Shown: one piece after another, positions 39,248 to 50,385 of the stretch
Position numbering within the stretch: the stretch's first letter is position 1
Layout: each line of letters starts with the position of its first letter
From: Catajapyx aquilonaris
Taxonomy: Eukaryota
Assembly (NCBI GenBank): GCA_000934665.2
Contig: KZ538637.1
Span: 62,001-119,961, forward strand
DNA: 57,961 bases
Direction: 5' to 3'
Translations under genes and position numbers: made by a program
Notes under the pieces: generated by a model
Seen by the model: the letters and a program-made list of their open reading frames with translations, nothing else
What the model was told of the DNA's origin: nothing
Database searches by the model: none

Positions 39248-42200
39248 AAAAAAAGAGTGTAGGTTTCAGGAGCTTATTTTCCCCAACTCACATCAGCTCT
39301 CTCCCGAGATGCAGTGCTGGTGCCATGAGAAATCCCATGGCGCTCCGGAGGCACATGGCCGTCGCAGGCTCTTTTGCAGTAGGTTTCAAGAGGAATAAGG
39401 GCGTCTGGGCTGACAGCCCTAATTCTGAAATACGTATTGGCCGAATGTAAAAATCCACCAGGGTGGGATGCGGGATGGCAAACGAGGGACACACAGGACG
39501 GCGAAGAGAGAAGGAGAAAAAGAAGGGGAAATGGAGGGAACAAGCTCCCCTCGCCGCTCTAATATAGGAAATGTGTTTGGTTTTTCACATCAGGAAGCAG
39601 TTATTTTATTCAAATTGTGAAAAATGTGGTGAGGAATGTCACAATTTCGGTAGGGACATGGGTATTTTTTTTTGTTCTCCTAAAGCCTAGGTATATGACA
39701 GCATTAGCTTAGGGATGAGGTGCGAGTCTGACAAAATGGTCTTCTCCTTAGGCTACTTTGAACCTGATTTATGTTAGTGTTGAAAATGGTCTCGGAATAA
39801 CAATGCGACGGTTGGGCCTGCCATCCATACGGCCACGGCACATTTGTAGCGATGCAATCATGCCAATTTGAGAAGCGTTTCACATGCTGACGGATGATAG
39901 GGTCCTCTGCTGGCCATCTTCCCATGGGGGGATGATATCCATTCACATCAAAACCTCTCCATCTTAATGGAAGCTCTTTATAATGGCAAAAATCCGGGAA
40001 CGAGGGATCGCTGACACCTACAGTATAATCCATATACTATGTAGGTGGAAGATGTGCCGGCAGCTGCATAAAAGCGATGAGTCTTGAGTGAAATTTGGAT
40101 GGATTATAGACTAGGGGTTGGAAGAAAATTCGAGGCTGTAGATTTAGTTGTGTAGTCTGAGCCTGGGCCACAAAACCCGTTTTCCAGCTAGTGTGCCTGG
40201 CAGTGCCATTGGTTCTGGCCACTTCTTCCATTAGCGGGCGGAGGCTGGCCTCAGGTGGTTTCAATTTCCTTCCGACGATTCTTGATAGGATTGGCTGGGG
40301 ATAGGATAGGATGCCTTTTGCACGGCCCAAGGAACCCGCTCTGGGCTCAGGCACTCACTCCATTAAAAGCGAGCCAAGGCCTTGGGTGCTCGCTTGCCTT
40401 CCCATATATTGCACCGCCTCCAGATGCAGGACACATCAGACTATAATATGCTGAAGAGCCACTCTGCTTGGGATTTGCTCTCATTTCCTGTAGTCGCCTG
40501 GAAGAAATAATCATATAGGGTTTTATCAAGGCTTTCCAAATCTGGTGGTAGCGTTAGATGTGCTAAGACCATGATAATTGGCCTTAATAATAAGAGTAAT
40601 AAAAGAGGCAGAACAATTAGTCTGGGGTCACACTTTTGTTGCCTGGTTGTCATTTGTCAATCTTGCTTGCGACTTGGTGTCACTTTTTGATCCTAAATGA
40701 AACTATACACTAGGATTGGTTCGCCCTTAACAGGATTCCCTTGCTTTGAGCGCAAACTGGAATAAAAGCAGCAGCCATGCTGGATTACGTCACCTTTGTT
40801 CTCAGAAGGCTCACAGTCAATGGGTATACGCTGTGTACTGTAAGGCTTCTGTCGTTTCCCTATTATGTCTTTATGTAAGTGTATTATGTACACTCCCCTT
40901 TGACAGACGTTGGGTTATTTTGTAGCTGAAATTCTGGAGTTATATTAAAAAGTCGAATGTAATATTTTAATCATCTAATTAGAAAGATCTTGCCTTCATG
41001 AGCAGGTGAATACCTCTTTGATGTATATTTACTAAATAATTTGACGAATTGCTGGCGTTCGAGTATATTTATAGCCAAATTCTGCCATCAAAATGTATGC
41101 AGGTAGGCCATCTGTTATAAATATGAATCATTCACTTTATAATTTTATTGGCGACAGTTTGCAACAAAAGAAAGATTTGAGGGTATAATGAGAGAACACA
41201 CATCCAGAAATAATTTCAAAAGTGGGTAAAACTGAGCTAAACCTGATCGGCTATAGTTGTGAAAATTGCTGACTTGGAAAGCAGCAAGGAGGGGAAGAGC
41301 AAGAGTTGACACACCCGCTAGGCGGAAGAATCCGGTGGACCGGAAACCTGTTTCGGAAGTAGGGTCACTGCAGAATAGCCCCCAGGAACGTCTCCCGTCC
41401 CTCATCCCATTACAAGAAGAAAAGCCCGAGGTAATTCCCAGAGCGAAGATGCCCGTCCCCGAAAACTCCCCCACTAAAAACACAGAGCACGCCATCCTAG
41501 CCGAGCAGATAACGACCATGTTTTCCCTGACAGCACTTGGAGCCATTACAGGGCTCATACACACAATTCCAGGAATCAAATGACCGCCTTGAAAGGTTGC
41601 AGCGCATCTAGGTCATGGTTTGGAGGGAGAAGGAGGGGGGATAGAAATAGTGGCATTGGTATTTTAGTTGTATGGCTCAGGGAGAATCCGGGATTGCCCT
41701 GCAGGGGGGTAATATGAGACCCTTTTTCATGTCTTGGACTTAATGCAGTGCAAGGTGATACTCCAGCACTTTATCCCTGCAAGATGCCAGGACAGTTACG
41801 CCTTAGGGAGAATATAATGCGAATGCATCATAATGGTTTAGTCTGTTATTACTCGACTATCAGGACCGATATAATCTGTACGATGCCAGTAAAAATATTG
41901 CTTTCCGTTGTGTTCACACAACGGTAAGATCATGTTGTTATCCGAAATTTCCGGATAATCCCTAACGTACAATCTGAGACCATCGCAAATGCGCTCAACA
42001 CCATAGAAAGCAAACCCATGTGGGATTCTTTTTTTAACACTCCACAAAGCACCCCCTTTTCTCCTGGGCAAAAAAGGGTCACCTATAGGCCTGATGGGCA
42101 CCTTTTAATCCTCTACCTTCTCATTCACTTGTTCCTGTAACCCCTTCTTAAAGTCAGGACCAGTTTTTACCCATGCTTTACCCCTTCCTCCTCTTTTTTT

Positions 42201-42891
42201 TATGTCCTTCCGATTTCTTCCCCATAGTGATTCCGTGCATATCCGGGCAGCAAGGGAAGGAGGGGAAAAGTAGCATGCCCGTTGCAGGCCCTTTCTTTAT
42301 CGCCTTGCATTACATTCAACCCCCTCACTTCCCACCCCCTCCAAACCTAACCATGACAGGCAGGTATTTTTATTCCAAAGGGTGGAGGTTTTTTGTGTCC
42401 TAGCCGACCCCATGTGACAGGATCTTTTTCAAGAGAAATACATATCCTCCCTGGCAGCAAAAAATGGCCGCCGGTAGGTCTTCCCTCATGCAAAATAGAG
42501 CCTTCACCCCTTTCATTGCTGGGCTATACCGGGACTCGCCATAAAGAGACTTGAAAAAAAAGGAAGCGGGGGGAGGGGTGGTAGGACCCCCAGGCTTTTT
42601 CTCAGGGTATATGTCTAGGATAGGTCAACCAAGCAAGATGGTCGCCCGGGGAATAGTGATGTCGGTACTGACCTTCAGCATGCAGACAGAAATAAGAATA
42701 GGGGACTAATGAGTACAAAGTTCACAGAGTGGCCTACAGGTGGACTAGTGCAGAGGGGTCAGGTGGAAGCGTGGCGGGGAACATTATTGCAGCGCCTTCC
42801 TTCTTCTTTTTTTTTGGACCCTCCTTCCCTTTTTCCCTTCCCAAGCTCTTTTGATATGGGACCATTCCTTTGGCTTCCGATGATGATATTG

Positions 42892-42902
42892 GTCGTAAAT
42901 CA
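42892..42902 (-). promoter_or_regulatory. Pbx/Exd-posterior Hox composite site match (TGATTTACGAC)
   Basis: Plus strand GTCGTAAATCA equals minus strand TGATTTACGAC, the well-known PBX1-HOXA9/Exd-AbdB-class site. Motif match only. Confidence 0.35.
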
Positions 42903-43453
42903 AAAAGCGGCCGCGGTTAGAGGGAGGGAAAAGGCAGAAGCCAGCAAAGGTGGAAAAGGCAAGCCGAGTCCCTTGACTCCATACTGCCTTGTTTGTGCCC
43001 GGCGTGTATAATTTTAGACTTGCTTATGTGCCCTTTGCTGCGTGGTCAAATATGTCTTAAGACCTTTTTGAATGTGCAAATAGCAAGTTATAAAATATTC
43101 TCGTGCTGTATAAAGTAACTGCCTCTTGGTGGACCTGAGTGCTGAGGTAGCCGTTGTTATGCTGTACGGCAATATATACTGTATATAAATTGCAATTTTA
43201 TCAATTCAAAACCGGAGAACTGATTTTTTAAAATTGTCTTGCATCCGGTTCATTATTTGTAATAAAATGATAAATATTTTTCTATCTTTATAGTCTGTAA
43301 CTTTGGTGAAGTTCTATTATATTGTGATAACTTTATTTGTAAATGATCAGCTTCATAATCACTGTGCATCAGTCTGTGAAAAGTTTGGGTTGATTTTAAT
43401 TTATAAAAGTTATAATGCTTAATTTACAGTTCATTATGTCATGTTATATTGGC

Positions 43454-43471
43454 CTCTCTCTCTCTCTCTCT
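43454..43471 (+). repeat. (CT)9 microsatellite
   Basis: Direct reading. Confidence 0.92.
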
Positions 43472-46400
43472 ATAAGGAAATTAGTGTGAACTCATTCACC
43501 TGCACTCCATGCCGATGTAACTTGCCGTGCGTTTATAAGTGAAAATTTTGCTACTACAGATTTTCTGACTGAAATTATGCAGGTACAAAACTGACCTAAA
43601 GTGGGTCTGGGGAATTTACAGGGAATCAAAGATCGAATAATAACAATGTGATTGAGGTTAATTTCTTTTGACAGATGGCGCGGTGCTCTAAATATACACC
43701 TAAATTGATCTTTCTTTATTTTTAATGCCTCATCATCATAGGTATAACTTGATACAAGTTTATCATCCTGCGCCTGGAAACCGGCAAAGTTAATGCAAAT
43801 ATAAATTTATTCATAGTATTATTATATGACAGCATAATTTTGGTTACTGGGAACAAGTAGGTTACCGAAGATTTTTTTTGGAACGCTGTACAACCTGATG
43901 AAAATTCGAAATTAAGGATGACTTGGTACCGTATAACTAAATCCCGAATTTATTAAACTCAGTTTGGATCAATAGTCTACTAAAAAGGTTTTACAAAAAA
44001 AATAGCCCAGAGAGAGACAAACTTTCGAAAACAGAAGGTAGTGAATATAATATGCTACATCAATTTAGACAAAGAGATACCTTACGTTATGCGCAATCCA
44101 GCGCATATCAATATGATGAAAATTTACACTCTTCACCGAAACATGTCGGTCAAGTCCGTGACCAATAAAATTATTATTAGGCCTATAATAAATATGGCAA
44201 TGAGGTACCATTGTAGCAAAAGCCAAGTCTAATAATTAATCTGACAGTCCCCTGCCAATTAAGCTACCGTATTTATAGTACCATATTTACTTCCCCGATA
44301 TTGGACAGAGAGAGGACAGACGAGTTTTTCATGACCCATGTGAATGTAATTGATGCACATTTATTTAAAGTGACTGATTAAACATTAATCTGGCTGATAA
44401 ATATACAGTTAATTCGATTGAAGCTTGATTATGTAAGGTGTACTAAGGCAAAATATCAATTATGTCTGGTAAACTCACAGTAACACAAGTTGTGATTCCT
44501 GATTATTCCAAACAACCAATTTTCACTCATTACATGTTTATCCAAATTGTCAAAAAGGAAAACCACCAGCAAAATGATTGAGACTTAGTATTTCTGAAAA
44601 CTTTCTCTAGCCTAATTACGAACCTTTCCATTGACCTAGACCTGTTAATTACTTTAACGTTTTTCCACTCCCGTTACTATCCCACGCTATTTCTAAAATT
44701 CCAGGCCTTCCTGCTTATAATCTCTAATGTACAAATGTCCTTTAACCGAGGCCTTTGATGAAATTCCTATGTGGTAGACATGGGATGGTACATCTGAAAC
44801 CCGTTGCGACCCAGATGGTGCGGGTTCATGTTGGGATGGTTCAGGAGGGTGGTGGAAAAGGGATAAAAAGAGAAAAGGTCAGGTCGAGGTGAAAGAAAAG
44901 GAGCGTATCATCCACACAGTTTATCACCAAGGGAGCTGGAGAAGGGCCTTTTTTTCCCACACGCTCCGACGCCAACGGGCTTTGTGTCAATTTTAGTTTT
45001 AAAAAATAGCGATTCCTGTGTTGAAAGAAGACAACGATGGGAGGGTTTGCAGCCAATGGAAGAGAAGAATAAAGCTCATATGTCACCTTTTTGAACAACC
45101 TTTGTTGTCTCTGATACATGCACTTGAATTCCCAGTTGAAATATTTGAGGCCAGCCGAGTTTTAAAAATGTGAACTTTCCTTTTGGAGGAATTAGTTTGT
45201 GTGAAAATGTGTATCGCGAGTCTCCAAAAAACGGTTATGGCGAAGAAAGTTCCGCACCTAGGGTGCAACTTTACGCTCTTCAATTACGAATCTCTAATTA
45301 CCAATACACTGTATCTCGTAAAGTTGGCCATTATAAATTTTTACGAGCCTACGTATAGCCTCCCAGAGATTCCATAATGTAACCTCTGGATATTTCCAGC
45401 CAGCGTAACCCTTGATGAAAGGTTTTGACTCCAGACGCGTAAATGCAAAATAGACCCGCGTTTTGAACGTAGTAAAAAGCGGGCTTGATATCTCTTGTGG
45501 GTCTGTGTAAAAGAGACGAGGTGATCAAGGAGTGTTGCTTATGGCCTGGGAGTGGTTCTCTTAATGGAGATAGTTGCGTTTCTCCTACCATGGTTTCATT
45601 TTGGCGGCAGGAAATTTTTTCATCAGGACAGTTGTTAACTTTGGCTGTAAATGTGCATCTTAATGGTTATGTGGGTGAATTGGGAGTAGAGATACTGTAT
45701 AGTACTTAGAAATATTATGATTAGCAAGTAAATGGTATCTCAAAATATCGAACTTACTTGCTGAAGCGTAGTTGTCAATTACTATGCGATGGATATCAGA
45801 ATTTTATGGCTGGTGATAAATATTGGGATCGGTTTAGGTATTAAGTAGGTTTATTATGCGAATGAGCGCTTAATTTTCTAAATTGTACCTTGCCAATTAT
45901 CAATAATACATTGCACACCATGAAAAATGTACTTGCACATATCTTCCCAAACAACTTTGACAAGCGCGGTTCAAATATGTATAACCTGCATGTATCACAG
46001 AGTTCTATACGATACAATCGAATAGTTGAAGAGTAATTATGAATATTGTGCAAGGCTGCTGAAATAGGTAGAGTGAACTGTTAATGGCGGATGATTTTCC
46101 TGGCTGTTGGAAGAGTGAGGGCCATAAATGGTGGAGCATTTGGAATTGATTTCTAGCTGCAGGTCGGAGATGGGTCCTCTCCATAATATCGGGCAGCGTC
46201 TCCGACCGCTGGCTCCAGCTGTTGGGAGTTACTTGCACTTGCCTGGCGCCAGCTGCAAGCCGAAAAGGGTTGCTGGCCCGCAATATATAGCGGAGAAAGG
46301 GAGGAGAATGGGTCTTCCTAAATTGACAAAAATGCGTTATTATTGAGATTCAGATGACAATGACTGACAATGTTGGTAGTAAGTCATGCGTAGCTCATCC

Positions 46401-48040
46401 GACAAAATTGGCCTACATTGTCATGCATAAAGCTCCAAAGTATGCCCGAAGTGTGTGAAATTATGGCGCGTTGTCTTTGTATGGAAACGGCAATGACGGA
46501 ATATCCAATGAGTCAGGTAATCAGAGCAAATAGAACACAGAAATTAGCTTCCGGATTCCATGAATGATAAGCACCTGCGCCATGCTCGGATATGATGTTA
46601 ATTCTGCGTTGCCTCCGCACTTCATTTTCTTTAGGGATTCACTGTGGAGATGGTATGGATAAGATTCCTATTTTGGAGACTAAATTTGTGATGATGAAAC
46701 GGCTTCTCTTTTCAAGCCAATTACATTACTTGCTGTTGCAGGATATTTGCTATTTTTATAGAGTCAAATTCTACAAAATTGCTATTATGGTCACTTGTGG
46801 AATTCCAATACAATTCCTTGTTATCAACCTCAAGATTTTTCGCAGTCTAAAAAAACCACACCGCACTTATCACGATTCAGTGTGTCGACATAAAAAGTAA
46901 TTGGGGAATAATGTGGATATACGACCTGTTTTCCCAGACAATGATGAAATCTAAGCCAAGTGAATTTTTAATTCTTAAATGGCCGTAATCGTTTAATGGT
47001 GCCTACAGCGCGAATTTATTGCCCTCGTCATAGCAGAGGAGAAGTAGTTTACTGCTGTTGATGCAGTAGAAAATACGTACTTTCCTCCCCTCCTATCCCC
47101 CCCTCTTCTTTTAAAAGAATGTCTTTACTCTAAGGGTCCCAGGTGAATATACACCAAAAAAAACACACCGGACATTATTGAGTTTGTAGCAAATGCTGAC
47201 ATAAATATGCACCCCGCTAGTTGATATAGGTACGCATGGTAATTGAGTTTCGTGGAGGCAAGGCCAACACCAGAAATAAGAGCCTCACTTCCACCTTCCG
47301 ACACATAATTATCACCGTTTCATAGTTGGGGACCCCCCTTTTTCCCCGGTGGATTCAGGCGAACATATGTGCCAACGTTCTCCCCCCTTCTATACACCTT
47401 GCTTTTATAGCCTCTTGCCATTAGACCTTTCCACAGAGCGATGGCGTGGGTGTAGAGGGGAGGGGCGACTGCTTTTTAATGCGGAGGAAACCCTGTTTTC
47501 CAGCCTGAAAGGCTGGTTTATTGACTATGTTGAATATGTCAGTACATCATAGGCTAGTAAGTAGGCTTGGGATGCGATAATTCTCAACTTGCAATAGTTT
47601 GTTTTATATACTGTGTACTAAACTGTGTTTTTCAACGTCTTTTTTCAGGTGGCTTCTTGCGCATCGGGCCAACTACTTTATATTGTGAAAGAAGGTATAG
47701 TGAAACCTTATTATTTCATCTGGAGTGTGGGATACAATCAGTATTATGCGACAATTACACCAGTAAAGTTTATTACTATTAAAACAGTGTTTGTTAAATA
47801 TGTAAGACTGTATTGGTGATTATAAGTACAACTGTGTAGATTGTATGTAATCCTTATGTAAATAAAATATAATTTATTATGTTATATAATGCATAAATAA
47901 GAGGTGCATAACCAGGAGGCTAAGTAGAAGTAAGAAATGTAATTTGTACTTGTGTAACATTAGCAGGATGCGGAGATTTAAAATGAAGCATCTAAGTGGC
48001 AATAAATAAATTAGTTTTCAAAGAAAACACTGTTGGTGAT

Positions 48041-48218
48041 TCATAAAAATCAAAAAAACCTAACTTTCCATATATGTGCCATGTAATTTGAACCAGTAAG
48101 AAAAGCGCATGAAATATTTTCAAGAAACTACACTAAATTTAGAATACTTAAGAATGGCAGTATGGAGGAAAAAAAAGTATTACGGTGGATGTGGTTTATT
48201 CTTTTTTGATTTTTATGA
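48041..48218. repeat. Inverted repeat (17-bp perfect arms), possible decayed MITE
   Basis: TCATAAAAATCAAAAAA (48041-48057) and TTTTTTGATTTTTATGA (48202-48218). There is weaker inner complementarity (TCCATA..TGCCAT with ATGGCAGTATGGA). The arms are low-complexity. Confidence 0.55.
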
Positions 48219-49267
48219 CTGATACTTTTTTGTTACTCCTACAACCAGAAAAATCGATGAATCAGTCATTACCAAAATTTCAGAGCTTGATTCGTAAGCA
48301 CCCCTTTCCGCACCTGGTACCACAACCTGGCAGTCATATTTTCACATGAACTGCGGCTAAACTACCGGTCTTCACATTCTGTGCAGGTTTCCAGTACCCT
48401 TCTTTGGCTGACATAAATTGACTCAAAAATATGTTGAACGCCGAAAGGTGAGCCCCGAGTGGTTCCAAAACTGACTGTAAGAAGTAGTGCTCACAGTTTG
48501 GGTCACATGACTGTTTACAGCACCGAACTAAACCTTTTGCTCAAATGAACGTTATAATTTAAAAGGAAGCTTCTGAAGCTCGTTTGGGGAAAAAAAGACA
48601 ATAATAAGAGTAATGCTTGGATGTTTTTGACATTAGAGGATGGCACTTGCTGAGGTTTGTGATAAGCCACCTTTTGTCCAATATTTAGTTATTATTCACA
48701 TTTCCTGGTTGGGTTACCAGGTGAGAAAAAAAGGGCATCGGAAATTTGACTTACATTGTCGTGAGAGATGGTAGCAATGTAAGTTACACGGAACACGGTA
48801 TATAACAATAAGAAAAGCTTGAACTTATATTCCACGCACTATCTGTGGGAAATACAGCTAACTTTGGCATTCTTTTTCATAACTCCAAACACTTGAGGTC
48901 CTCAAAAATTGAGCACTGTAAGTAATATTGTGCATTGTTTTTTTTCCGGCAGGAGAGGGATTACTAATTGGCAAACATAAGCTAGCAAATATTGGATGGA
49001 TATTGATACAACAATACTTCCAATCCTATACTAGCCCAGCCTGAAGGCTTTTCAGAGAAAGGAAAAAATTCTGCATGCATATCAGCAGCAGTGTTATATG
49101 GCATTTCCCTCCCTTCCTAAACAAGAAAGAATAGGATTTTAGAAAAGGGTGTCCCCCCCTTACTCCTGCCCCTCCCCCCCATCTTTTTTTCTTCTTATTT
49201 CTTGGCAGCGCTTTCTTGCATCACGGTTCAATTCTTGGACGGGGGACGGCAGGCAGTGGGAGGAGGT

Positions 49268-49290
49268 GGGTGGGAAGGGAGGGAGGGGGG
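49268..49290 (+). other. Canonical short-loop G-quadruplex motif
   Basis: GGG-T-GGG-AA-GGG-A-GGG-A-GGGGGG. Confidence 0.65.
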
Positions 49291-50223
49291 CACAGCTCGA
49301 CTTTTCATTTTCATTTGCTCGCACAATTTCACAAGATACCGGTCGGAGATATAATATGATGTATGCTGGTAGTTTATGAGGCCATCTTTCATTGTCACGT
49401 GCAACCGGACTGGAAGGACGGAGGGGATTTTATTCCGAGGATGGTTGGTGGGAGCCGAGTAGATCGGGAGGGAGGTGCAGGTGGTGGGGGGGTCGGGGGG
49501 GTAAGGTCGTAAAGTGCAGGCTTGGGGATGATGGCGGGGACCAAACTCAAGGGAGCAAAACTTTCGGTCCAAGAGAAGGAAGAGGACTTAAGTTGAGAGA
49601 AAAGAGAAGACTCTTGCTCGACTTCTTCGTGTCCCCAACCTCTTTCGCCTGACAAATAAGAGGAGTTTTGAGGAGGGGGGTAAGGGGGTAGGGGGGTGGT
49701 AGAGGAATTCTTCCGGGCCAAGTTGACCCGAAGAATGTTTAATTTCCCGGCTCGTTCAAGTCAACTGGGGACCGACTAAGTTTCTCCGCCAGTCTTCCGA
49801 CTTGCTACTTTATTGGCAGTTTTGGAATTCAGGGTCTCCTTGCCGCGTCGCAGAAAAGGTGGGAAAGGAAGTTGGGATGGGGATTTAAGATTGTGGGGAT
49901 GTGTCTGTGGGGAGAAACCATTCCGACGCCTGGTATTACGACAAGGCGAGTAATCGATGTTGCTGCTCATCAGATACCTTTTCTTTCGTTTTTTTTTTAG
50001 CTTGTGAAGGGATAGGAAGATTATGCCAGATTTGGGCCTCGCTTTTCGTGTGTCTGTGAAATTAATGAATTTATTACGGCAAATTCAACATTTAAAGCTA
50101 CAACAATAAGTGCTGGACATTTTATTTTACTGAAGCTTAATTACTGCGGAGAAGTGACAGTTCACATCGTAAAAACCTCCGTCCTTCCCCCTACATGTGA
50201 AGAGATATACCGACTCTATATAT

Positions 50224-50385
50224 GCATGGTGGAGAACAGCACTCTGATCCCTAGGGTCCCCAACTACCTATAAGGGATCTTGAGTTCGAGACACGGATAG
50301 ATCGGAGAATTTTCCATGTAAGGCCTGCCTTCGATGCTGCGGTAACGTGGGTTTTCCTATATAGGTTCTCCCCTTCACCCACCAT
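50224..50385 (+). mobile_element. Decayed tRNA-derived SINE remnant
   Basis: Three elements occur in the expected order: a tRNA-like head GCATGGTGG..AGCACT (A-box-like), a B-box GTTCGAGAC at 50284-50292, and GTGGGTTTTCC..GGTTCTCCCCTTCACCCAC (from 50347). The last resembles the GTGGGTTTTCTCCGGGTACTCCGGTTTCCTCCCAC core seen in many metazoan SINEs. No cloverleaf can be formed. Confidence 0.5.

Noticed and set aside
6585..41106. Zelda-like CAGGTAG sites (about 8 on both strands)
   Set aside because: The count is close to what base composition would give for a 7-mer.
43143..43224. let-7 seed (TGAGGTAG) and a 12-nt miR-184-like stretch (CGGAGAACTGAT)
   Set aside because: The rest of each mature sequence does not match and no precursor hairpin forms.
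43895..43940. Hammerhead ribozyme-like core CTGATGA...GAAA
   Set aside because: Stem II and stem I cannot be formed.
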